Assembly (NCBI GenBank): GCA_904063045.1
Contig: CAJFCJ010000004.1
Span: forward strand, 308,195 to 372,194
Direction: 5' to 3'
Length of the DNA stretch: 64,000 nucleotides
Source: Dimorphilus gyrociliatus
Taxonomy: Eukaryota; Animalia; Annelida
Positions 1 to 20,112 of the stretch are shown here, piece by piece. The position numbers were made by a program, and so were the translations under genes. How positions within the stretch are numbered: the stretch's first letter is position 1; each line of letters starts with the position of its first letter. The notes under the pieces were generated by a model. That model ran no database searches, was not told the origin of the DNA, and saw nothing but the letters and a program-made list of their open reading frames with translations.

Positions 1-974
1 ATTGTCCCTGGAGTTACAGCAGATTCAACACCTGTGCCAGCTGCCTTGGCAATGATAATTTGAGCTTCAGTTACCCTCTTCAAGGACTCTTCATATTCTT
101 TGTTCTGCTCCATATTGTCATCTTTAATTGAAATTGTCGATTGCCGAACGCTTTAACAAACGAAAAAGTTGAGTGTAAATAATAGATTTTTTTTAGACAA
201 ATTAAAAGAATATTTACATAATCGTTTCTTTCTCAAAAAATGCTGAATTCAAGCTTAGTGCAACGGAAACGGAATTCAGAGCAGCGTATTCAATAAAAGC
301 CCCTCGAACTTCTATTCCATTTTCATCTATTCCAGTAGCAGCTCTCAAAAACTTGACATCTCCCGCTTGGGAGAAAAAGTTCATAACTTGATCAATACTT
401 ACATCAGGCAAATTAGAAGCTACAACTGTTCTTGCTATCTGATCCTCTCTCTTTTTTTGATTAGGCTATAACAAAGTACATGTAACTTAGAAAATTCTCT
501 CAAAATAGAAATATTACTTACATTGATAATGGTCTTCATTACTTCATCCTCTCTCATAGGTAAATGAGACATTGTAGCCTGATGGCTCATCATAAGAGCA
601 TTTGCAGCCTGTAAAGCTGTTGTTTCATCGGGAATTTTACCTGTTAAGATGGTCAAGTTTGATAGTGCATTATTTTTGTCTATTATCTAGTATTATTAGA
701 AAGCAGCGATCTTCTTACCTGGTTCATAAGCCCTCACATCTATCATTCGATCAAGAAATACAGTATTGTTTAAATGTAATGCAACTGAAACTGTTTCAGA
801 ACTATCGAACTTTATAAACAAAATTTTTGTTGCAACCGGTATAACAGGATTATCCCGCTCCGGAAATAGCTTCATGTCAGATATTCGACCAATTGGATAA
901 AACAAATTGCGCATATGCTCTCTTGTCACGGAGGGAGACAGATTTGCGACTTGAATAACTCTTGTGTACCCCAT
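1..974 (-). CDS. SREK1: SR-related splicing regulator with two RRMs (SREK1/SRSF11 family); 3' end runs off the window
   Basis: ATG at 974 (MGYTRVIQVANLSPSVTREHMRNLF...ALHLNNTVFLDR) matches SRSF11/SREK1 RRM1. Second RRM reads RTVVASNLPDVSIDQVMNFFSQAGDVKF. GT-AG introns near 641-718, 468-521 and 151-216 keep the frame open to position 1. Confidence 0.85.
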
Positions 975-1277
975 TGTATTACAATAGCTGAAACACATAT
1001 ATCAAGTTAGCATAAAGAACGCACCGCAAACGAATAGGTAACGAATTGATCAATTGGACTCCGTTTACTTAGAATCTTGATCTTATATCTATAAAAATAA
1101 CTTTATTTAGTTTACCTAGGTTTACTTCAATAGGTATAAACTGGGATTATTCATAAACTATTTATTAGTATCAAAAATAACAAAAAACTCACGGTACAAC
1201 TAAACGATAATATGAAGCTTTAAAACAGGAAGTTTCGATAAAAATTAAGTTACCAGTTTTCGTAATTTATTTTCAAG

Positions 1278-2356
1278 ATGGCGGAAACCGAAGAAAGAAT
1301 CTACAGAAGAAATCTTCCTGGCACTAAATTTAAAGTAATATGAAAAAATACCCTAAAAGTTTTCTCAAATAGTTAACCATTAAAACCGATCTTTACAGGA
1401 CTGGTGTCAATGGCCGGAGCAATCGTTTCAAGACATGGACAGCACTTTGGCAGTCCAACAAGTAAGCATAACAAATTTTATTAATTGCAACAATAAATAG
1501 CTAACTTCTGATCACAATTAGTATATTCAACAAATGATTCGGCGGGATTATTCCGATTGTGAGGCAATTTTAGCTCAACCTGAAAATCAAGATGAAGGAG
1601 TTTGGAAATACGAACATCTTAGACAATTTTGCATGGAGCTAAATGGTTTAGCCGTCTACTTACAAGTAATTCTTAAGCCAGTTTTTTTTTTTAAATTAAA
1701 AGCAGAGAAGTTGCATTGACATCTTTCAGAGAATGTAAAAAAGATTATATGCCTTTGCAAATAGGAAGCCTTGTTTAATATAATTTACTGGTCAATTAAG
1801 TTGTTCTAATATTTACAAAAATCTATATCAGGAAGAATGTCATCCGGAAAAGTGCAGTCAAATGACAGCAACAGAACAATGGATTTTTCTATGTGCAGCT
1901 CATAAAACGCCAAAAGAATGTCCAGCTATTGATTATACAAGACACACATTAGATGGTGCAGCTTGTCTGTTAAACAGTAATAAATACTTTCCTAGCAGGT
2001 AGTTTTCTTTTTAACTGTTTTAATTTTCCTCAATATCACAAACTTCTTATTTTAGAGTAACCATATCAGATACCTCTGTCGGAAAACTTGGTTCGGTTTG
2101 TAGAAGAGTTTACAGAATTTTTTCTCATGCATACTTTCATCATAGGGCCATTTTTGATGACTATGAGGTGATATATGTATAATTAAATCCCCTCAATTTA
2201 CTTATAATATTATATATATTTCAGGAAAAGACGGCGTTATGCAAGAGATTCACAATGTTTGTCACTAAGTACCAGCTATTATCAAAGGATATTCTTATTG
2301 TACCAATTATGGACTTAAATGATGAAAAAATACCAGAAGAAGAAAGCGAAGCCTAA
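1278..2356 (+). CDS. MOB4: MOB4/phocein (STRIPAK subunit)
   Basis: Spliced translation [17 protein letters not shown]...[13 protein letters not shown]...[22 protein letters not shown]...[40 protein letters not shown]...EESEA* is near-identical to the MOB4 sequence I recall. Five canonical introns; TAA at 2354-2356. Confidence 0.97.
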
Positions 2357-2736
2357 AAGCTTTTTCTCAAAACTTCTGTTGACTTATCTGTGGAAGATTT
2401 TTAGTATAAATGTTCTTATAAAAAGTTTTGTTATGCAGTGATAAATTAAAGTTTTATTGTTCATTAACTTAAAATTGTTTCATCGTTGCTATGTTTCAAC
2501 TTAAATTGAGAATTAGCGAAAAAAATATCAAAGTTAGTGAGCTTCTAGGGAGTTCGAAAAATGATAAAATATTACTTTTAAAAATAATGCATCTTATATG
2601 CTAAATTTTTTAGCATCCGTTATACTTTTTAATAGAATAACGTCAGAAACTTAATACAATCTGCTGTATTATAAAAATAATGTAATTTATAATTTTTTTG
2701 TGAGTCATACCATCTGCGAAACTCTCATAGTCCTGT

Positions 2737-5442
<2,706 letters not shown>

Positions 5443-5618
5443 TATTTAAATTGGAGAAATTCAAACGTCTACAAATCGTCTATTAGTTCTGGAAGATAGG
5501 CGAAATTCTCTTTCTGAAAACCAGGTTATTCTCAGATTTCTGTCGAATTCACTTCATTTCCTGAATCCGAATGATGTCTCTGCCTGCGGCGCGCAAATAA
5601 ATTACCACCGCAAGAACA

Positions 5619-7811
5619 ATGAGTTCATCTTCGGGAGCTTGTCATTGCGAAAAACCTACTAAAATGCTTATAAATTCAAACTCTCAACAAAAGGAGGATG
5701 AATTTAAATGCAAATCATGCCATAGATTTATTCACGCCTGTAAGTACGCCTTTATCGCTCACATGTGCCTGGAAATAACATTTATTTTCAGGTTGTCTGA
5801 AAACTCAGAGACCAAATCAGCTATTTGGAGACACGTTTTTTGATTTCACTTGCTCAAAGTGCTCAGCTGATGGGACAGAAATATTTAAGAGGGTCCCTCT
5901 GCCATGGTTTTATTATTTAAATTTTTTGCCCGTATTATTAACTAATAAAATCGTTCTTCAAAATAGGTTACAAGTGACGTTCATTGCCTTATACAATATG
6001 ACAATACAATGGCCTTATCGTGAGTGGTTTTCCTGGAAGGATGACATTTGCCCTTTCATTGAACAGCATTGGTGTTTATTCTTCGACGGAGAAAAGTCAG
6101 ATATCAAATATTATATAGATATTACAATTTTCTATTTTATTGTGAAATCTAAATGATTTCAGGAGAAGTAAGAGTAAAAATTGGCAAGGAACTGTATCAG
6201 GAATTCTGTCTAGTCAAGCCCCCACTCACTTTACTTCTGGAAATTCAGGATGGTGGAGGCTAACCAAGCTAGTGGATCCACCTCAAAAAATCCGTGAGAT
6301 ATTGCACTTTTAATAGAATAAAATCTATATTTTGAAAATGTTTTTAGCTACCAAAGGACGTAGACGAGCGCAGTTATTCGATACAAATAATATTTTAGAG
6401 GAAACAGTAAGGTAGTAGAAATACTGCTATTACTTTATTTTTCAACCTCTAATTGATGGATTCATTTAGACGAAGAAGAAATAAAGGAGGCTTGAAAGCT
6501 GCCATGGAAAGGAAAGAAAAGGAAATTGAATCGGTTTTAGGAAAACGCCGTAAAAATAGACCTGCTACCAATCAGAATATCAAGACAGAAATTGATACAC
6601 CAGACCATCAAAGTATTTCATCGTTTGGATCGGACACATATCTCAGCGAAAAAGATATCTTCAATTCGGGTATTTATAGATAGTTTACAATTGCTTATTT
6701 TAAGAAAATAATATCGCTTTTTATAGAACTTCCTGATAAATTATTTAAAGACGATAGTGATAACGATGAACAAGAGATTTGCGATGTTATGGAGCCTTCC
6801 AATTCACTTTCAGTCACTGGAGCTGTTTTGGGGAGCGAAAGAATTGAACAAAAATCTGCAAAAATTTCAGTTCCAGACGAAGTTAAGAGTTCAGAGGTAA
6901 TTTCGAAAAAAACTGAACGCTGCGTTGCCATGACACCTTATGATGAAAAACAATTATTAAATTCTTTGGAAGAGAATAATGGAAGCGTTGAAAGTTTACC
7001 CGTAGCACGTCGTCTTCGTGCTAAACTTAGGCTTAGGCAGCTTAAAAGGGAACGTGGTTTGCCAATTTTTGATATAGATTCTATGATAGAGAATGAGGCT
7101 AGGAAGAGCAATAAGCCTACCCCTGAGAAAAGAGTACTTGATCGATATCAAACTATGGCAGGAAGAAAAGAAGGACACGAAGAAACATCATTTATATCGA
7201 AGTTAATTGGGGAAGATAGGCCTAAGCGTGTTCGGAGCTCAAGGGGTCATCTACTTAAACCATATATATTCAGAGATGAACATAGCCGTCCTCCACGTTT
7301 GGCCTTGTTAGAAGACATTATTGCTTATGGCCATCGTAATGATCCTCACTGGAAGCCATCAGTTAAATCCTCGATAGATTATCAATATTTTTCCGAAGAT
7401 TGCTTAAAGGAAGTAAACAATCTCTTAAGAGAATTTTTCTGGCCGGGAATAGATGTTAGTGAAGCGTTAGATTATCCGGAATACTCTGTTGTCGCACTAT
7501 ACAAGAAGGTCGTAATAGGATGCGCCTTTATCGTTCCAAGTGTCAACGTAAATGAATCATACATATCTTTTATTGTAACAAGGCCTGGATGGCAAAAGTC
7601 ATCAATAGGAACTTTTATGCTTTACCATTTAATTCAAAGTGTTTCCGGACAAGAAGTGACTCTGCATGTTTCAGCAACAAATACGGCAATGATACTTTAT
7701 CAAAAGTTCGGCTTTAAAGTGGATAAACTAATTCTTGATTTTTACGATAGGTATCTGCCTATAGACAGCCCTCAATGCAGAAACGCTTTCCTCCTTCGCT
7801 TAACAAGGTAG
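5619..7811 (+). CDS. KAT14: CSRP2-binding protein / ATAC complex GNAT acetyltransferase
   Basis: N-terminal Cys-rich region, WKDDICPFIEQHW and GWWRL motifs; C-terminal GNAT domain EFFWPGIDVSEALDYPEYSVVALYKK...VTLHVSATNTAMILYQKFGF. Confidence 0.92.
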
Positions 7812-8238
7812 CATTATTAGACTTGAACCGATTAGATATTTAATATATGTAAACTGTACATAGCTTTCTTTATGAATTATTAATAAAAGAATAAAATGGC
7901 AAAAGTAACATTTTTCACAACTTTCTCTCTCTTACTGATCCACTTACTCACTCACTTTCCCTCTATCCATTGCATACATTAGAAATAGAATAGGAGAATT
8001 TTTTAAAGTACAAATTAAAGAAATAATAAATTAATCATTACAATCTTTTCCAAATGACTTTAATCAACAAAACAGATGATAATTATCCTGATATGTATTT
8101 TTATAAGTATAGTTATAAAAGTCTGATTTATTTTTTTTTCATTTTTCTTTGACTAGTAGAATATGGGAAAGAATTCACTCTTTTTAAAGTTGTTTGTTTG
8201 TTTATTTATTTTTTTTTTAATATTTTTTTAAGCTTTGT

Positions 8239-12946
<4,708 letters not shown>

Positions 12947-13175
12947 TACTTAAGAGTTGCCCTGCATCCTCTTCCAAACGTCTATCTTCCCTGAAGGATT
13001 TTTAAACAGATCTAACGTAAGATAAGATAACAGGACAGTTACCGAGCCTAGTTGAAGTATTAGATGGACAGTATTTACGTTCCAAACGGCTATGTCAAAT
13101 AGACAGAGACCTACTAAAAATCATAGGAAAGTAAATCAATTGCTTAACGTTTCTGTAACAGATTGCCAACAGTTC

Positions 13176-13237
13176 AAGATGGCGCTTAAAAATGATCATG
13201 TGACTTTGTTTTATAAGTGAATCGATTGCGCCATCTT
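13176..13237. promoter_or_regulatory. Inverted AAGATGGCGC pair (YY1/CTCF-like) enclosing an M-box-type E-box, upstream of CCDC186
   Basis: AAGATGGCGC at 13176-13185, GCGCCATCTT at 13228-13237 and TCATGTGAC at 13196-13204. Function is inferred. Confidence 0.45.
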
Positions 13238-13401
13238 CAGGTGGTAGTACAAAAACAACAAATAATATATTTTTGTAGTAAAGTTTTTCGGGAAAAAACA
13301 TATATTAATCTTTTGAAAAAAAATCAAAAATAAACAAATATAAAAAAATCTCTCTGTATCCTTTTTTTTAAATGTAGTCTGTTTGTTTAAATAAAGTTAA
13401 C

Positions 13402-16400
13402 CTAAGTGTTGAATTTCGTAAAGTGGTATTTTTTATAACGATGAAAAGGAGCTGTCCATTGTGGATCAATAGTTTCTATATTCATTTGAAATTCTATCCA
13501 ATTTTTATAAGACATTAACTGATTTTCTGAAATGTTCTTTCTTCGGAAGGTTTCTAATAGTTTTGAGAATTTTTCACATCTTGTCACAGAGGAAAAAATC
13601 ATTTTATTTCGTAATTCTTTTACTTTGGCGGATTTTGGTGTAATAGACTGGCAACAAAGGATATTTTCTTCCCTTCTTTTTAGATAGCACTTTTTAAGAT
13701 TTCTAATAAGGAAAATTCTTTCTTCCTTTGGTTTATCTTCCCGTTCTTTACGATTTTCCAAAAATTTAGGATTATACAACTCCAAACTTGTAAAGTTGAC
13801 TCGCTTAGGTACGTCTAATAGGTCAATTTTAATACTCGAATAACTTTTACCTTGTGTACTAAAGAAAAACTTGTAGCAATTGCCATTTTCAGTCATATTA
13901 CAGGCGTTTCTTGCATATCTTGATTGAAGACTTAGCTTTTCATTTCGTTCAGCATATCTACCATTTACAATGTTAATACCTTCCTGATTGTTCCAAAATT
14001 TTAACGTCATCACCGAACTTTCGTCACGAATTACTTGTAACAAATATTTTACTGATGTTCTAACCATATCGGCCACTGTTAAGGCTATATGAGATGAAGT
14101 ATTAAACATGCTACGAATATGATTTTCGAACGTTGTATCATCAACATTACCGCTTAATAAAGAGTATTGTAACTCCAAGAAATGAATATAAAAAGCATCA
14201 GATGGAATTGTATTTCTTGATTTTTGTTTTGACGTTGATTTAGAACTTTCGCTTTTGTTCTGTTCTTCTCTCCTCTCCTTTTCTGCTTCGTCGGAAAGTT
14301 TTTTGATTTCGAATAATCTATCACTTAACGCATGTAGTAATCTCGTTAATATATACCATATTTCAGTTCCAACGAATAAGGAGAAATATCTTTCACACGA
14401 TTCTTCTCTATTTAATGAAGGAAAGCGTAAAGGTGGATCTGCAAATAAAGTTTCTTCATTGTCGCTACTGTCACTGTCATATTCATTCTCTTCTTCTAGG
14501 TTCTTTTCTGGTATACTAAACTCTTGAAACCCTTCTTTTTCGTGCATAAAACGAGCAAGAAACTTCATAAGAACTTCCCTACAAAACGACTTATCAGTCG
14601 TAGTAATTTGATATTGACGTTTAACTTCATGCCATATAAGATAGACAGCGTCAGATATCGATTGTAATGAATTAAATGAGAGCAAAATATGTGAATTATT
14701 GCTTCCTTCAGCAATAGCAATGTCTCGTTTTCTAAAAATTTCATTGATAAACACTCTTGCCCTTAATCTCTTGCTTTCACTTTGCTTAAAAATTGTAGTA
14801 GTTTGCTCCATTGTTTTAATTCTAGCTCTTTCAATTCGTTCAGATAGTTGTTTTTCCAAGTTTTTCTTCAATTCTTTCAAGTCTTCATTCCTATGTTTTA
14901 ATTTATTTAATATGGATGATATAGATGATAAAGGATTTTTTTTAAATCCGTTTAGGATCTTGTTAGACTCATCTTTTCCATATATCTTTTCATAAGCTTT
15001 TCTAATTAGAATAGAAGAACCGCCAAAATTTTCGTCCAATCGTACTTTAGCTTTTTCCTCGCGAGACATTTGTTTAAATTCTACTTCAAGCTTTTGAAAT
15101 AATTCCATGGCACTTTTATTTTGTTCTCGAAGAATATCCAATTCAAATCTGGTATGGAAAAACGCAAAAGATTAAAATTCCTTCTATAAATCTACTTAAA
15201 AGATTAAATTTACAAAAAAAAGAAATACCTTTCGTCTTCGCATTGAAACATAGTTTCTTCTAATGTAGATTTTTTATAATTTTCGGAATAGGAGTCTTCG
15301 CTTAATGATGATACAGATATATAATAATCATTCAAGACTTTCCGGTCCAGCTTTGTTCGTCCTGAGCATTTAGGCAGTGGAGTATTAGATGGTAGAGTCC
15401 TATATTATGTGATTAAATAATTTAAACTGAATAAAAAAGATAAATATACTGAAAACGAACTTATAACTTGCTCCACATTGATTTGAGGATGAAACTCTAT
15501 TCCTTGACAGACCTAAATAAAAGACAAAGGTTAACAATAACTAATGATAAAATAAGTCGAGTGGTCACCGTTTGCTTTAGGTAGTGGGAGGGAATTATTG
15601 CCGAGCCTAACGGTACCATCTGTACGAACTTCCATTGCAGCTAGAAATTCCTCATAGAGTTCTTTGTGACCATTACATAGCATAGTTCTAATTAGTTCAA
15701 TTACTTCTTCTCTTGATATTTCTCCATTAATAAAAAGGTACATGCATTTATGGAATTCTGTTGACATTTTATCATTCTTCAGGCTGTTTTTTATTCTGTG
15801 AACGACGTTTAGAAGTCTTGTCCTTCCGTTTTCCTTGCGAGATAATTTTACACGTTTCGACGGATATTCATTCGTTGATTCATTTAGTTCCCTTTTTCGC
15901 TTACCAAGCAAGCGTTGAATATCAATATCTCTATCCCTTTTGAGATTTTCCATATGATTTCGCGAATTTGGCAAAATTTCAGCAAATTCTAGCAGCAAAT
16001 CTATTTCCGCACCCAGATGACGTTTCATGTCGCTAAAGAGTTCTTCCGGTGTATATTCGTTACTGGATGCGTACCGTTCAATACATTCCTTAATCTCTTG
16101 AAGGGAGTCTATTTGTCCAGCAAATCTACGCTGCACTTTATTCAATAAATTGCTAATTCGATTCTCACTTAGATTATCGTATACATTTTCCTGTTTTTGT
16201 TCGTCTATAAGACAATAAACAGGAGTATCGTCCACTGTAATTTTTATTAAAAACTCTTCTTTATAAATTCGATATCCTTTTGGCAGATAATCGTTAAGTT
16301 TCGTGAGCAGAGAAGGTGATTTTTGAAGCAGAAAGCAAAGTCTTTTCAAAGATTCGAGTAATGGCTTTTTCTTCGTCTTTAAATCTGTCATTTCTGTTAT

Positions 16401-16517
16401 GAATTTTTCAAAATTTTCAGGTTTTTCTTTAAAGTATTTATAAATCTGGTGTGTATATTCATCCCCAAAGCCAGTTTTTGTGAAATTACTCGACCTTGGA
16501 GTTTTAGATGTTTCCAT
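13402..16517 (-). CDS. SIN3: SIN3-family corepressor scaffold, highly divergent (PAH1-3, HID, PAH4/Sin3_C)
   Basis: Three PAH-like repeats ending ...YLPKGYRI, ...EFAEILP and ...ELYEEF. HID reads CGASYKTLP...PKCSGRT...VLND...CEDER|FELD. C-terminal FLELQYSLLSGNVD...FENHIRSMF. Three short introns lie between 15150 and 15570. Confidence 0.88.
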
Positions 16518-17895
16518 TGATTCTTCGCGTTTTATCGTTCACCACTTACAATTATTTTGTACCTTTCCTTTAAAAAAAAGAGATGTTAAGTTACTGTATC
16601 AAGAGCAGTTTTAATCATAAACCTATACAGCAGGTAAAAATTAAATATTCATAAAAAAAATAAAGATGCATACTTTTCAAGTTGTCTCTATCTTCTTGAC
16701 AACGATGGGTGACAGATGGCGCTCGTAATATTGGAAAATAAATAAATTGTAAATTTTGTAAAAATGCCCAATAAGTTTATTTAAAGTCTAAAGTTAATAA
16801 TGAAAAGGTTTTAAATATTTTGGTTAATGTTTATAAAATACTTTCTAAAATATTCCATTAAACGGCAAAATAAACTGGTATTCATAGGCAGCCTAATGAT
16901 GAGGAAGTTCTTTGTTTAATTATGCATTTTGTGGATTAGCTTAGTCAGAGAAATGTCAAAAAATATAATTTGAAAAGATTATTAAAAATAAAGTTGTTAG
17001 CAAGTGGAGAAGCTTTAAAAAAAAATAACGTATTATTGATGATTTGTAGCAGACGACACTCCTACGAATCTGATGGGATAACTTTCTATAGATAATCAAA
17101 TGAAAATGTCAAATCGATGCCTTTGCAAAGCTTCCAAAACAATAATAGTATCAGAACTTTCAACTTCAATGTAGAAAAAATATCTAAAGCATACTTAATA
17201 TAATATTAATTAAGAGAATACAATTCAAATCAACATAATAAACCAATCTCTCTATCTTATATAATAAGGTAATTATACAAAAAGAGAATATTCAACATCC
17301 TATTGAAAAAAGGTTTAAAACAATATTTTGCATCTGAAAAAGTTTAAAAGAAACCACATTTCGTAAATAGCTCTTTTCTGTGCATTGTCTCTGATAAATC
17401 TAGTGTTTATGCTACTATGAAAACAATGATTCAATTGTGTCAATAGATAAAACGACAACTTTAAAACCCTTTCAAATTTTTAAACTAAAGTATCTAGTTA
17501 TCGAATTTTACTTTCATCACTTTCGTTGATAAATAACATATTTCTTTTACAGTGTATTATATCCTTATTAAGAATATATTTAAAAAAGTTTATGGATATA
17601 GATTTACAATCTTTTTAAATGGATATAAAACAGAAAATAATATATAAGATATTCACAGGATAAATAGTTTTTCACTCTTTCCATTTTATCTCATCCTCTT
17701 CACTTTCAAAATAAACAAATATCTACTTTAACAAATGAGTGTTTATCTTAATATTGACAAATCTCTCTTCTCTTTCCTTTTTAAATAATATTTTTTTATT
17801 ATGCCTCTGTCCCCTTGCATGTTATTCGTTTTCTCTATATAAAACAAAACTTATATAGTAAAGTTGTTTGTCCAATATATAAGAATGTAATAATT

Positions 17896-19327
17896 TTACT
17901 TGGTCGAGCATCTAGTTGTATATAGATACTTGATAGAAAGTATTAGTCCGAAAATGATAAATATTACAACAACTGCTGTTTCAATGATAAATGTTAAGTA
18001 CAGTTCTGTGAAAAAAAAGGAAACACATTAATAAATTTACAATCAAAGTATTTAGGTCAATAAAATCCTTCTTTCTAAATAAAATGTTAAGAGAAGAAAA
18101 GGTGGGAAATTGTTCATATTTTTCCTTCATATTTTATATATTATTGTATGCTTACTTTCTATCTTTTTATCAAGTCTAATAAGATCTTCATCTTCGCCAA
18201 CTAAAGAGAAATATATTTAAAATATATCAATTTAATCAACACTTAGAACTAACGTAAACAAGTAAAACCACTATAGAATCCGCTACGGGCGTATTTTATT
18301 GTTCCATCGAAAAATTCTATCTTAATTCTGCATCTTATCAAAAAATGTGTTTCTCTATTGCATGATTTCAACTCGTATTCATCTCTTTCCACAACAATTA
18401 TATCGCTATCGTAGATTTTAAGAAATGCTACTTTTGCGTTTTCACCATTATGATCAGAAGTACATAATAGCTTATTCCCACGTCTAAAAATCTCTGCAGT
18501 CGTATTTGCAACTATTTTTAAATGATTGATTAAAATAGACCAAAAAAGATTATTATATTTAATAGCATAGACTTACTCACAACTGGTGCTGAACATATCA
18601 TTTCATTCAATAATATTGGTTTTTTTTGGCTCAAATGATAATGTCTTCCCACTAAGTTTCTAATAGCTGAAGTTTCTTCAGGGCTACTCCATCCTTCATC
18701 AGTATAGTTCACTTTACACATAATAGACTTAACGCCGCTTGCGATATCCTTCTTTAGAAATTGTATAAATATTTTTCCTTTTAAAATCCTTTTTACATAT
18801 TTAGATGAATCTTCATGTCGATTGAAAGATCTCAAAGAACAGACAACACGAGGAGCGAAACTTTCATAATAAACAATTATCCTATTATCAAGTTCATCGC
18901 TCAGAGAAGAAAAATATTTAGGGCATTGAATAAATCCTATAAGATAGAATTGATTGATATTTCTACGTTATTCAGTTGGTATACAAAAAAAAAACTTACT
19001 TAGAACCGCGACAATTATTCGAGTATTTGTGAGACTTCGAAATTCGAAATGTTGAGGAGGAAATTTCATAGATACATGATAAAAAGGTCTTCTCTTAATC
19101 AATGTTACAAGAGATGAATTCAACACGATTTCGTGATATCTATCATTGAGCATATAGAAGAAAGTTAGATGGAAATGATTAAATTTACGGTAGAGAGTAA
19201 CACTAAAATTGAAAGTAACGGGTGTTTTATCATCATAGTAAGCTAAATGCCTCGGCATTTCGTCAAAAAGACATAATGTTCCATTTACCGATAAGAGTAA
19301 AATAAAGAATTTCTTTAAACAACACAT
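17896..19327 (-). CDS. Uncharacterised type-I membrane protein, about 365 aa, probably with Ig-like ectodomain modules
   Basis: Signal peptide MCCLKKFFILLLSVNG. Exons 19000-19327, 18577-18936, 18254-18511, 18156-18200 and 17896-18005 join in one open frame through GT-AG introns of 63, 65, 53 and 150 nt. The last exon encodes a TM helix (FIIETAVVVIFIIFGLILSI). The short tail could splice once more, ending near 17790-17825. Confidence 0.7.
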
Positions 19328-20070
19328 AATATGTTCTACACTTTTAAACTTGTAATACGAAATCTAAAGTATCATAGTTTCGCATCCTTCTTATATATAT
19401 TTTGTCTTAAGTTATTTCTAAGGGCACCAGGAACCATATTAGCTTATTACTTATAATACTTTACAACCAATAACAATTTTCAAATTAACTTTATAAATGA
19501 AACGTGGAAAAGAAGTTGTGTTGTCTAATAAAGTATCGTGTTACTATGTGATATACAAACTTTTCAAGAAAGTAAACAATTCTTTATCCTATAATTTAAT
19601 TATAAAAATTATAAAAGTATTTTTAGTGGTCTAATTATTATCAAATTTCTTTTGTATCTTCCTGTTACACTATATATTTTCATTTTCCAAGAAAACTGGT
19701 AGAGTTAAATAAGAAGTTCTGCTATAGACCTACCAACGGTTGTATTTTACAGTTGAGATGGTTAAACTTTCTTAAGAAATAGTAAATTTAAAGAATTCTT
19801 TTTAATTAAAATTATGACTTATTCATTCGTAAATAAGTATTTTATATTCGAAATTATGTCTAGTTGTTTATTGTACAGTAGTTTTGTATTTTTTTGTCTT
19901 AAATGTTTATTATACTACAGGCCTTGTATACCATTTAGATCGTTATGCAGGTTGACCATTAAACAGTCAAAAGTTGAAAGTTGGTGCAAAATCTACGTCT
20001 TATTAATTTGGTGACCAATAGAATTTAAAGGTGATTCGTACTTTTGAAGTTGCCCTACAACTTCCGGTGA

Positions 20071-20100
20071 GTCACGTGCTGGTGATAAACAATCACATGA
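20071..20100. promoter_or_regulatory. CLEAR/M-box-like E-boxes immediately upstream of FLCN
   Basis: GTCACGTG at 20071-20078 and TCACATGA at 20093-20100, 13-42 nt before the ATG. An ETS-like CTTCCGG lies at 20061-20067. Confidence 0.55.
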
Positions 20101-20112
20101 TCAGAACAGACG

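Noticed and set aside
1667-1831. Enlarged MOB4 intron with an AGAGAA H-box-like word and a short hairpin (possible H/ACA snoRNA)
   Set aside because: No convincing two-hairpin fold and the ACA is not correctly placed; an Infernal or snoGPS scan would be needed.
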